NCBI GenBank assembly: GCA_028687715.1
Contig: JAQTZP010000001.1
Location: forward strand, 103,876 to 167,875
Origin: Minisyncoccota bacterium
GTDB lineage: Bacteria > Patescibacteriota > Minisyncoccia > Minisyncoccales > GWA2-38-27
Reading direction: 5' to 3'
DNA: 64,000 nt
Below the pieces are notes generated by a model. It did no database searches. It saw only the letters and a program-made list of their open reading frames with translations, and was not told the origin of the DNA. The translations under genes and the position numbers were made by a program. Below are positions 1 to 8,951 of the stretch, in pieces (positions within the stretch are counted from its first letter, which is position 1; each line of letters starts with the position of its first letter).

Positions 1-26
1 ATAAATTAGTATAACACCGTTAAATA

Positions 27-1140
27 ATGACAGAGGTTATTATCCAAATAGAAGACTTAGAGAAACAGCTCCATTATTTGATGGACTGTCTTTGACGCAG
101 ATAGGAAAAAAAAGAGATTAAGCGGGCTTGAAAAAGAAGCTAAAGAACCAGATTTCTGGCAGGATCCTCAAAAAGCTGTTTCTGTAAGTCATGAGATTTC
201 AGAATTAGACCAAGAGCTTAAAGAATTTGAAGTTTTAGAAAGAAGCTTGAAAGAATTAAAAGAACTCTTTGAACTTTCAAAAGGAGATGAAAAGCTTGTC
301 TTGGAAATTAAGGAAAAGTATACAGAATTAAAGAATAGAATTGATAAAAAGGAATTAAGGGTTTTTCTTTCCCAAAAGTACGATAAAGGCAATGCGGTAA
401 TAGGGATATACTCCGGAGCCGGAGGAGTTGATGCTCAGGATTGGGCCACAATTATTCTAAGAATGTATCAGAGATATGCAGAGAATAAAGGATTTAAAGT
501 AAATTTAATAGAGCAGTCATACGGAGAATCAGGGGGGCCTGAAGGAAGAATTGGAACAAAATCAGCAGCCTTAGAGATTAGAGGCTCTTATGCTTATGGT
601 TATCTAAGAAATGAGTCGGGAGTTCATCGTTTGGTCAGGCAGTCTCCTTTTTCTGCTAAAAAGCTCCGTCATACTTCATTTGTTTTAATTGAGGTTCTTC
701 CAGAAATTGAAAAAAAAGATATAATGGATATAGTTGTAAAGCCTGAAGATTTAAAAATAGACACTTACAGGGCTTCTGGCCCCGGAGGCCAGTATGTAAA
801 TCGCAGAGAGTCAGCAGTGAGAATAACCCATCTTCCCACCGGCATTGTTGCCGCATCCCAGTCAGAAAGACTTCAAGGCTTAAACAGAGAAAAGGCAATG
901 AAGATTCTTTATTCAAAACTCTACCAGCTGAAAGAGGCTGAGCATAAAAAGGAATTAAGCCAGATAAAAGGGAATAAGATTTCTGCCAGCTGGGGCAATC
1001 AGATAAGGTCATACGTCCTTCATCCGTATAAATTGGTAAAGGATTTAAGAACAGGAGTTGAGTCCTCAAATGTGGAAGAAGTGCTTGATGGAAATCTCGA
1101 TAAATTTATAGAGGCAGAGATAAAGCTTAAAAAGCAATAG
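27..1140 (+). CDS. prfB: Peptide chain release factor 2; needs a programmed +1 frameshift (ORF0 27-95, ORF1 from 94)
   Basis: ORF 247-1140 has SPF (RQSPFSA) and GGQ (SGPGGQYVN). ATG at 27 in frame 3 reads MTEVIIQIEDLEKQLHYLMDCL, then CTT TGA C. Frame 1 continues DADRKKKRLSGLEKEAKEPDFWQD, a typical RF2 N-terminus. Confidence 0.9.
90..96 (+). promoter_or_regulatory. RF2 autoregulatory +1 frameshift site CTT TGA C
   Basis: Exact canonical heptamer CTTTGAC joins the two prfB frames. No AGGGGG-like stimulator lies upstream (ATGGACTGT). Confidence 0.85.
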
Positions 1141-1146
1141 AAACCT

Positions 1147-1845
1147 ATGATTTTATTAGACAATGTAAGTAAAATTTATCCAAACCGTTCTTTATCAGGC
1201 GAACCGATAACAGCCCTAGAGAACGTTTCTTTTAAAGTGGGCAAATCAGAATTCATTTCTCTTTCCGGAAGGTCGGGAGCCGGAAAGACCACTCTGCTTC
1301 GTTTGATTTTAGGCCAGGAAGCTCCTAGTTCCGGCAGAATTCTTTTTGATAGTTACGATATCAGCGAGATTAAAAAATCAGAAATCTGCCATCTGCGGAG
1401 AAGGATAGGAACTGTGTTTCAAGATTACAAGCTGTTTCCCACTAAAACAACCTATGAAAACATCTCATATATTATGGAAGTAATGGGGGCTGACGACGAA
1501 GAGATTAAAAGAGATGTTCCGTATATTTTAGATTTAGTCGGGCTTACAGAAAGAGCCTGCAATTTCCCCAAAGAGCTTTCCGGAGGGGAAAAGCAGCGTT
1601 TGGCAATCGCTCGGGCTTTAATCCACAGGCCCGAGGTCATCTTAGCCGATGAGCCCACAGGCAATCTCGACCCTTATCATACTTCAGGGATTATAAGGCT
1701 TTTATTAAAGATTAATGATCTGGGCACTGCAGTAATTTTAGCAACTCATGACAAAGAGGTAATCAATAAAATCAGAAAGAGAGTTATTACTTTAGAAAAT
1801 GGAAGAGTTGCAAGAGATGATGAAAAAGGAAGATTTATGTTATAA
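1147..1845 (+). CDS. ftsE: Cell division ABC ATPase FtsE
   Basis: Walker [10 protein letters not shown], signature LSGGEKQR, Walker [12 protein letters not shown]; followed by ftsX. Confidence 0.9.
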   Translation: MILLDNVSKIYPNRSLSGEPITALENVSFKVGKSEFISLSGRSGAGKTTLLRLILGQEAPSSGRILFDSYDISEIKKSEICHLRRRIGTVFQDYKLFPTKTTYENISYIMEVMGADDEEIKRDVPYILDLVGLTERACNFPKELSGGEKQRLAIARALIHRPEVILADEPTGNLDPYHTSGIIRLLLKINDLGTAVILATHDKEVINKIRKRVITLENGRVARDDEKGRFML

Positions 1846-1859
1846 AATAAATAATCATT

Positions 1860-2768
1860 ATGTTCACTTCTTTAAAAAGAACAATCAGAATAGGCATTAA
1901 AAGCTTTGCCAGAAATATCGGCATTAATATCGCCACTATTTTTATCATTACGCTGGTTATTCTCTTATTCAGCCTTTTATTTATCTTTAATTCTGCTTCA
2001 AAGATACTGATAGCGGGAATTCAGGAAAAAGTGGATGTTTCAATATATTTCAATGAAGACGCTCTAACAGAGAATATTATGGAGATAAAGTCAGTAGTTT
2101 CCCAAATTCCAGAAGTTAAAAATGTTGAATATGTTTCAAAAGAGGAGGCTCTTGATAAATTCATTGAAAGGCATAAAGAAGAGCCGATTCTGATAGAATC
2201 TATTACTGAAATAGGGGATAATCCGTTTCTCGCTTCTTTGAATATAAGGGTCTTGGAGGCTTCTCAATACAGCCAGGTTACCAGCTTGCTTGAAAACGGC
2301 TCTTTTAAAAACCTGATTAACAAGATTGATTATTATCAAAGGAAGCCTGTAATTGACAGGATTTTCTCAATAATATCAGCGGTTAATAGGGGAGGGTTTG
2401 CCACTGCTTTGGTCTTATGTCTTGTTTCTGTTTTTATAGCTTTTAATACCGTAAGGATTGCTATTTCAAACATGGGAGAGGAGATATCGGTAATGAGGCT
2501 AGTTGGAGCTTCAGATAAGTTCATAAAGGCTCCTTTTCTGATTCAGGGAGCTGTCTGTGGAATTATATCAGCCCTAATTGCTTTTATCTTGATTTTCAGC
2601 TTTTCTTATGCTATTACTTCCAAGGTTAAAGTCTTAGCTCCGGATGTAAGCGTTTTGGGGCTGTTTATCTCCAACGTCCTCTTTATATTCCTTCTCCAAA
2701 TAGCAGTAGGAGTAAGTCTCGGCATTTTCTCCAGCTTGATTGCTGTTAGAAAATATTTAAAGATATAA
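1860..2768 (+). CDS. ftsX: Cell division permease-like protein FtsX
   Basis: 302 aa with an N-terminal TM, an extracytoplasmic domain and three C-terminal TM helices; sits directly after ftsE. Confidence 0.85.
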   Translation: MFTSLKRTIRIGIKSFARNIGINIATIFIITLVILLFSLLFIFNSASKILIAGIQEKVDVSIYFNEDALTENIMEIKSVVSQIPEVKNVEYVSKEEALDKFIERHKEEPILIESITEIGDNPFLASLNIRVLEASQYSQVTSLLENGSFKNLINKIDYYQRKPVIDRIFSIISAVNRGGFATALVLCLVSVFIAFNTVRIAISNMGEEISVMRLVGASDKFIKAPFLIQGAVCGIISALIAFILIFSFSYAITSKVKVLAPDVSVLGLFISNVLFIFLLQIAVGVSLGIFSSLIAVRKYLKI

Positions 2769-2778
2769 CTGCCTATTT

Positions 2779-2849
2779 TGCGGGGTGGTGCAATGGTAAC
2801 ACGTTACGCTCTGGACGTAAAATTCTAGGTTCGAGTCCTAGCCCCGCAG
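2779..2849 (+). tRNA. tRNA-Gln (anticodon CUG)
   Basis: Hand-folded cloverleaf. Acceptor TGCGGGG/CCCCGCA has the U1:A72 pair I recall as typical of bacterial tRNA-Gln. Anticodon stem TTACG/CGTAA, loop CTCTGGA. T arm CTAGG-TTCGAGT-CCTAG. No encoded CCA. Confidence 0.9.
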
Positions 2850-3239
2850 CATCTTTGGACTTTTTGAGTAAAGTTCAACCAATTCAGCTCTATTTTTCCC
2901 AATTTTAAGGGGTTCTAACCGTTTATCTTCTGCTGAAAGCTTCCTCATTGGAATTAGCGTGTTTTCTGTGCTAATTGCTATCATTTTGTCTTGAAGTAGG
3001 AGGTTCGAGCCTAAATGCGAGAGTATCTCTTTTTTCTCATCTGTGTCCCCAGTTTCAAAGCTTTGCTTGGCATCGAGCGCGAAATTGAACACCTTGTCAG
3101 CTTTGTCCAGCCATTGGTCAACCCTTTGGCTGGTTTTGTTAAATACCTCCTCCCAGCGCTTTTTCTCTACGGTTAGCGGGTCTTTTCTTAGCTTGAATTC
3201 TTCTTCGTTTATTTCGCCCGCCGCCCTCCCATAGGAGAA
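2838..3239 (-). pseudogene. C-terminal remnant of a large serine recombinase-like integrase, overlapping the tRNA-Gln 3' end
   Basis: The open frame has no start: a stop lies at 3240-3242 and the track ORF uses GTG. The sequence ...WLDKADKVFNFALDAKQSFETGDTDEKKEILSHLGSNLLLQDKMIAI...LEPLKIGKNR...MLRG resembles, from memory, the C-terminal region of large serine recombinases. No catalytic N-terminal domain is present. The last 4 codons are encoded by the tRNA 3' acceptor. Confidence 0.5.
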
Positions 3240-3460
3240 TTATCAGGAGGATTGCTGCACTATAAAGTGATAACTAAAACAGGCCTAGACAGAAAGATGT
3301 TTTTAGAGGAGTTTAAAAAGTTTTCAGATTATAAATTCATTCTTCTTTAAAGATTTATTTCATGATATTATAGATTAACAATTCAATAAGGATTAACCTG
3401 CCTAATTAGGAGGTAAAATATTCTAATTAATATTTTTAATTAATAAATAATAATTAATAT

Positions 3461-4309
3461 ATGGAAAGACCTTCAAGTGTAAATCGTTTTGAGTTTTTAA
3501 TGTACGCTGCTTTGCTTATTAGTTCGGTTGGTGCATTTGTTAAATATAGCAGTTCTTCTTATGGATTTAATATTGCCCTTTTTGTAATACCGTTTCTGTA
3601 TACAATAATTCCTTTTATCCTTGTTTGGGTGGCAGCTCACCTAAGACAGGACTGGGCGCGATGGGTTGTAGTTATTTTAATGGGTATCGGAATAATATAT
3701 ATTGTTCCTTCACTATTTTTAGGTTTCTCTTATATTTCCCGTATTTCAGTGTCGGGTTCTGAAATAGGTTTAATGACCATAGGGTTAAATTTGATTCAAG
3801 TGATTTTAGAAATTATTGCCTTCTGTTACATTTTTTCCTCCGCTTCAAATAAATGGTTCTCCTCTGGCATGAATGAGGTATCACCAAACACTGATCCAGC
3901 TATACCTGTTGTGAATCAAACTTGGAGGAAAGGTATACTCACGACAAATATAATCTTTTTTCTTATTTATATAGGATTGATTGTGGGAGTCGACATGCCA
4001 ATAGTGCGTTCAGATCCCAGTCTGCTTGGTTTTTTACAAATCATGTATGTTGTTTTGGCTGGGTTTATGGTGTTTTTCTTATTAGAAACTTTTATATTTA
4101 GAAAGAAATTCGGCACAAGCGCCTCGGGTATAGATAGCGGAATAGTAACTGTTATTGTGCTTAGAAATATTTTATTTCTTTTGAATTTTATTCCATTTAT
4201 ACAATTGTTGGGCTTGGCTGGTTTACCAACTGTTGGCTCTATCTTACTTATAATTTATGTTATCTTAATTATTCGCCGTTTTAATTCACTAAAGGTTTTG
4301 CGGGCTTAA
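3461..4309 (+). CDS. Polytopic membrane protein, unknown function
   Basis: 282 aa with many hydrophobic helices; no recognisable motif. Confidence 0.55.
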   Translation: MERPSSVNRFEFLMYAALLISSVGAFVKYSSSSYGFNIALFVIPFLYTIIPFILVWVAAHLRQDWARWVVVILMGIGIIYIVPSLFLGFSYISRISVSGSEIGLMTIGLNLIQVILEIIAFCYIFSSASNKWFSSGMNEVSPNTDPAIPVVNQTWRKGILTTNIIFFLIYIGLIVGVDMPIVRSDPSLLGFLQIMYVVLAGFMVFFLLETFIFRKKFGTSASGIDSGIVTVIVLRNILFLLNFIPFIQLLGLAGLPTVGSILLIIYVILIIRRFNSLKVLRA

Positions 4310-4312
4310 TTT

Positions 4313-4990
4313 TTAGAGCTCTTTGATTTTTCCCATAACGATGGATGAAATACTTTTATGATAATCTTGGTCGCTATTCAAGATAACTTGTCCTGAAAAG
4401 ATATCTTTTACAAAAAAAGGCTTGCCGAAAATAATTTTTACCTTCCTTCTGAAAGACAAAAAATCGCGCCAAGTCATAAAATGAGCTCCATTTATAGAGA
4501 CAGGGATTATGGGAATATTAGTTTTATGAGAGAGAAAGCTAACGCCCCCTTTAATACTTAATGGTTTATTTTCCGCATTTTTCCTGCCTTCTGGAAAGAT
4601 ACAAACGCTACAATTATTATTTAAGATATTTATATGGTTTGCGAGGGCTTGTTCATAGTCCCGCAACCCTACATGCACTTGATGCGCTCCCCAAATTTTG
4701 AAAAATCCGCCGCCATATATAATTTTTTTCACTCCTTCCTTATCTTTATAGAAGCTCTTTTCTCAGCATGTATAAAACAAAGGCAGATGCCTGGATGAGA
4801 ATGGGAAAGCCGATGCGATTAAAATTGGATCTATCTCGCTAATGTGGTTGGATGCAAAAATTACATTATTTTCAGTGTCAATATTTTCAGCGCCAACGAT
4901 TTCTAGCCTGCAGAAAATTTTAAACGCTAAGCGCGTTGGCAACCAAACGAATCGTTAGAGAAAAGAAGTTATATTTTTATAGATTTTCAT
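4313..4990 (-). pseudogene. plsC: Decayed 1-acyl-sn-glycerol-3-phosphate acyltransferase (PlsC-like)
   Basis: ATG at 4990 gives MKIYKNITSFL, then an in-frame TAA at 4957-4955. It continues with RFVWLPTRLAFKIFCRLEIVGAENIDTENNVIFASNHISEIDP (the NHxxxxD box) and stops at ...LFYTC*. The C-terminal part, with FPEGRK and IPIIPVSING, is in another frame (track ORF 4313-4732, GTG-initiated). Confidence 0.7.
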
Positions 4991-5081
4991 TAAAATAATC
5001 GCTTTATGATATAATAATACAAAAGGTCGTTGTTATAAAGCTTTATAGGCCGAAATTTATTATTAAAATTAATATTAATAT

Positions 5082-5729
5082 ATGAATCCTTTCGTAATCT
5101 TCTTTTTCGCCCACAGTGTGATTGCAACACTTGTTTTGGGTATACTCTTTATTCGTAGAAACGACAGTGTTCTTAAGAGCTTCGGCGTAACGATGTTATT
5201 AAACGCCATCGCTTTCACAATTTGGAGTTTTGGATTGATTAGTCCCGAGAATTTAAATGCTTCTGTCAGCATAGGAAATGTATTTTTTCTCTCTTCACTA
5301 GTTTCTCTTTTTTACGTATCTGTGCACAAACAAAAAATTCCTACTCGTTGGTTATTGACCGCGTTAAGCGCTATAGCCGTCGCTTGCATATTCTATGTTG
5401 GTTATAAATTAGCCCCCGGGCATAGAGCGTATATTTCTCCGGAAGGCCTTTTGTTCTTCAATGGCAGGCCGATAACGCAAATGTTATATATTTTTGCTTT
5501 CATGATAGCTGCCTTACCCGCGATTGAGTTATTAGCCAATAAATTCAAAGCGAGTTACTCTTCGCTCGTTCGTTATATTCTCATTATCGAAGTAGTGGGA
5601 GGCATTATGCTTATTACTAGTGTAGATTTCCAAACCTTGAATATTGTAGGATGGATTATGGGATTAGCTTATTTGCTTCTCTGGACTTCATTATTGTTTA
5701 GTAAAAAAGCGTGGGCTGAAATCGCTTAA
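5082..5729 (+). CDS. Polytopic membrane protein, unknown function
   Basis: 215 aa with about 6-7 TM helices; lies directly upstream of the operon. Confidence 0.55.
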   Translation: MNPFVIFFFAHSVIATLVLGILFIRRNDSVLKSFGVTMLLNAIAFTIWSFGLISPENLNASVSIGNVFFLSSLVSLFYVSVHKQKIPTRWLLTALSAIAVACIFYVGYKLAPGHRAYISPEGLLFFNGRPITQMLYIFAFMIAALPAIELLANKFKASYSSLVRYILIIEVVGGIMLITSVDFQTLNIVGWIMGLAYLLLWTSLLFSKKAWAEIA

Positions 5730-5750
5730 ATGATATTCTCCAAAATGTCG

Positions 5751-5786
5751 CGCCCCGTATGTTACTAATTTATAATATACGGGGCG
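5751..5786 (+). promoter_or_regulatory. 10-bp GC-rich hairpin with TATAAT in its loop, upstream of the accessory operon
   Basis: CGCCCCGTAT (5751-5760) pairs with ATACGGGGCG (5777-5786). The loop is gttactaatttataat. There is no U-tract, so it is not a classic terminator. Confidence 0.4.
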
Positions 5787-5809
5787 TTCACGATTATAAA
5801 GGACTAATT

Positions 5810-6892
5810 ATGAAATCCGCAGTTATAAATTATAGCCAATGTTGGGAAGATCCTCATATTTTATTATCCGCATTGCAGGTTTCGAACGATGATATTGTGC
5901 TGTCCATAACTTCCGGCGGGGATAATGCGCTGGCTATATTAACCGAGAAGCCGGCGAGGGTGATCTCCATTGATTCGAATAATCTGCAAAATTATTTATT
6001 GGAGCTTAAGTTAGCTGCTATAGCAAATTTAGGCTATCGGGATTCCCTGAAATTTCTAGGCGCGGAGAGGACGACTGATAGGAGCGAAACTTTTAAAAAA
6101 ATCCAAAACTCTCTTTCGGTGGAGACAAGGTCATGGTGGCAGAAAAACCATCGAGCAATAGATGCGGGTGTTATTAACTGCGGCCGATTTGAGAAGTTTT
6201 TGAAATTATTTTCAAAACTTGCATTGCCGACTATACATTCGCAAAAAATAACATCAGAATTCCTTAATATCAGCGACATAGAGCAGCAAAAAAAATTCTA
6301 TGATAATATCTGGAATACATGGAAATGGAGGCTCTTTTTTAAAATATTTTCAAACAAATTAGTATTAAAAAAGTTTGCCAGGCAGAAAGGAATTTTCGAA
6401 TATGCCGATGTGCCGAATATTGGAGACATATATTTCAAAAGATTTCAAAATAATCTTCGGACCATTTCTCTCAGAGATAACTATTTTATGCATTATTGCC
6501 TTACCGGATTTTACAATTTAGAGTCGCTCCCGCCGTATCTGAACGAAATAAATAAAGACGCCATTATAGAGGGCAGGAATAAATTAAACATTGCGACAGG
6601 GGATATTTTTGATTATCTAAAGTCAATTCCTAATGGCTATTTTTCAAAATTTAATTTGTCGGATGTTTTTGAATTGCTTTCAGAAGATAAGAATGACAGG
6701 CTTTGGGAAGAAATTGTTCGCACGTCGAAAAATGGCGCCATAGCGATATACTGGAATAATTTAGTTAAGAGAACCTTCCCGTCGCATTTATCGAAGAATG
6801 TCTTTGACGATGTAGCCACTGCTGAGAAAATGCACAAAATCGACAAAGCCCCCTTTTATGGGAGCTTGTATATTAACCGAATAACTAAATGA
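5810..6892 (+). CDS. DUF3419 / BtaA-like protein (S-adenosylmethionine 3-amino-3-carboxypropyl transferase family)
   Basis: N-terminus YSQCWEDPHILLSAL...VLSITSGGDNALAIL and about 360 aa fit my memory of the BtaA/DUF3419 family. Start chosen at MKSAV (5810) rather than the track start 5759. Confidence 0.6.
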   Translation: MKSAVINYSQCWEDPHILLSALQVSNDDIVLSITSGGDNALAILTEKPARVISIDSNNLQNYLLELKLAAIANLGYRDSLKFLGAERTTDRSETFKKIQNSLSVETRSWWQKNHRAIDAGVINCGRFEKFLKLFSKLALPTIHSQKITSEFLNISDIEQQKKFYDNIWNTWKWRLFFKIFSNKLVLKKFARQKGIFEYADVPNIGDIYFKRFQNNLRTISLRDNYFMHYCLTGFYNLESLPPYLNEINKDAIIEGRNKLNIATGDIFDYLKSIPNGYFSKFNLSDVFELLSEDKNDRLWEEIVRTSKNGAIAIYWNNLVKRTFPSHLSKNVFDDVATAEKMHKIDKAPFYGSLYINRITK

Positions 6893-7785
6893 AATATAAA
6901 AAACCTTCGTCTCTTTTAATTAGTTTTTACCATTACCAGAAGGAAAGATTTCCAATAGTTTTTTTGGCGCTAGCCACTCTCCCCGTGATTTTAAGCTCAG
7001 CGGTCGTTGTGGCGCAGAATAAGTTAAACTTTTTACATATATTTTTGATACTGGTTGCTTCATTGAGTTATCTTTTTCACATTAGAGTTGTTGATGATTA
7101 TCGCGATTTCAAGCATGATAATCTTTATCATGAAGACCGTCCTGTGCAAAAAGGCGTGATATCATTAACGAATTTGAAGAAAATAGACATTATCGCAGCG
7201 ATCATACTTTTAGCGGTTGCGATTTCTTCGAACATTTATGGCTTAGCCATAGCTGTCTTCATGCTCATTTATACTTATATTGCAGAAAGAGAATTTTTTG
7301 TAACCAAAAAAATCCGCAAACACTTTTTTATTTATAATGCAGTAAACCTTTTCCAAATGACGCTGTTGCAAATTTTTGTTTATAATTTTTTCTTTAGAAG
7401 TTTTTATTTGAATCCAATTATAATTACGCATTTTTTATTAATCACTACAGGAACATCGATGTTTGATTTTTTGCGCAAACTTAAAACTCCACATGCAGAA
7501 AGCACTGGCAAGGACACATACACTTGGTATTTTGGCTTCAGAAATTCTTTGATTATCTATTTATTTTTTGTTTCTTTGCTCGCCCTGTTATTTTTTGTAC
7601 TGGCGAATGAAATGATTTTGAGTTTAGGGATTTGGCTTGTTATTATACTAATTTTTATCGCAATCTCTTTTTTAAATGCATATTTCCATTGGATTAAGAA
7701 AAGCGAGATGACGGATAAATTGTTGCAAGCAAATTCTTTATTTTTTTATGGGTTTTTAAATTTATTAATTTATTTTCTACGATAA
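6889..7785 (+). CDS. UbiA-superfamily prenyltransferase-like membrane protein
   Basis: About 8 TM helices. Motif VDDYRDFKHD(N8)RPVQKG matches the Asp-rich DDxxDxxxD...RPxxxG first motif of UbiA enzymes. ATGA overlap with the upstream gene. Confidence 0.6.
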   Translation: MKYKKPSSLLISFYHYQKERFPIVFLALATLPVILSSAVVVAQNKLNFLHIFLILVASLSYLFHIRVVDDYRDFKHDNLYHEDRPVQKGVISLTNLKKIDIIAAIILLAVAISSNIYGLAIAVFMLIYTYIAEREFFVTKKIRKHFFIYNAVNLFQMTLLQIFVYNFFFRSFYLNPIIITHFLLITTGTSMFDFLRKLKTPHAESTGKDTYTWYFGFRNSLIIYLFFVSLLALLFFVLANEMILSLGIWLVIILIFIAISFLNAYFHWIKKSEMTDKLLQANSLFFYGFLNLLIYFLR

Positions 7786-8951
7786 TGGCTAATTTTTCAG
7801 GTTTAATAAAAAATTGCTATCGCCTCCCTTGGACGTTGAATAATAATCCTAACGGGTGGATAGAGCCAACAACTTGCTGCCAATTAAAATGCCCAGGTTG
7901 TTATCGCGGGCGCGATAAAGACGGTGTGGCTTGCATGTATTTAGATTTGGACGAATTAAAGAATCAAATAAATAGATTTATAAATGAGAGAAACGTGGAA
8001 ACAATATCAATAGCCGGAGGCGAGCCGCTTTTATATCCGAAATTAAAGGAATTGATTTTATATATAAAATCACGAAAATTGAAAACAAGGATTTTTACAA
8101 ACGGCGTTCTATTAGACGCAGAACTCCTGGAAAAACTTAAAGAATGGGGAGCGAGTGAGATCGTTATACACGTTGATAAGTTTCAGACGAGGAATGGGGT
8201 AAAATTCAGCAACGAGGCGGAAGTTAATAAGATCAGAGAAGAATATTGCAATATTTTTAGGAAAACAAGCGGCATTAACCTTGGATTCATCCAGCCATTT
8301 TCTAAAGATAGCTTGTCTAATATTCCGGAGGTACTCGGATTTATGAGAAAAAATGCAGATATAGTGAGCGTCATTGTTTTTACTCTTTATAGCGATATAA
8401 ATTGGAATAATTCCGTAAGAGCAAATATTGACACTGATATTAAGGTTTCAGACGTGGTTAATGAAATAGAGAACCATTTTAATTATATTCCTTGCTCTTA
8501 TCTGGGAAGCACTGAAGATCCAGATGATCCTACTTGGCTTTTTTCTATTTCGGCTTCATATAAAGATTCTTCAATAGGTTTTTTTGATGGGAAATTTGAT
8601 GGCGAAATAGAATCAAGGTATTATGCGCGAAAAGGAAAATACCTCATCACAAAAGTTGGAAATAAAATTTCCATATTTAAGCTTATTAAGTTTATAAATT
8701 ATAAATGCATACGAGATATTCTTAAAAATTATATTATATCCTTAATCAAAAAACCCAGCAGAATCAAAGAAGAAACTTATCTTCAAAAGTTTTTAATATT
8801 GCGCGGGCCGAAATTTAGCCAGAATGGCGTAAGGGATTTATGCGCTGGCTGCCCAGATGTAATGTTTTATGATAATAAATTAGTTCCATCTTGCATCTTA
8901 GATGAAATCAAGCTGGGTAGAGATTTTGAATTTAAAGATTGGCAATTATGA
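7785..8951 (+). CDS. Radical SAM enzyme
   Basis: CQLKCPGC (CX3CX2C) near the N-terminus, GGEPLL, and a C-terminal Cys cluster CAGCPDV...PSC. TAATG overlap with the UbiA-like gene. Confidence 0.75.
   Translation: MANFSGLIKNCYRLPWTLNNNPNGWIEPTTCCQLKCPGCYRGRDKDGVACMYLDLDELKNQINRFINERNVETISIAGGEPLLYPKLKELILYIKSRKLKTRIFTNGVLLDAELLEKLKEWGASEIVIHVDKFQTRNGVKFSNEAEVNKIREEYCNIFRKTSGINLGFIQPFSKDSLSNIPEVLGFMRKNADIVSVIVFTLYSDINWNNSVRANIDTDIKVSDVVNEIENHFNYIPCSYLGSTEDPDDPTWLFSISASYKDSSIGFFDGKFDGEIESRYYARKGKYLITKVGNKISIFKLIKFINYKCIRDILKNYIISLIKKPSRIKEETYLQKFLILRGPKFSQNGVRDLCAGCPDVMFYDNKLVPSCILDEIKLGRDFEFKDWQL

Noticed and set aside
189-1069. Antisense or internal ORFs within prfB (189-392 -, 656-1069 -), and the many similar 60-140 aa minus- or plus-strand ORFs nested in long genes throughout the track
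   Set aside because: They are nested inside well-supported conserved genes on the opposite strand or in another frame. Their compositions (Ser/Leu/Phe/Lys-rich) are typical of out-of-frame AT-rich DNA.
2838-3092. Track ORF 2838-3092 (-) treated as an intact 84-aa gene
   Set aside because: Its M is a GTG inside a longer start-less frame that stays open to 3239. I interpret it as the tail of a truncated recombinase, not an independent gene.
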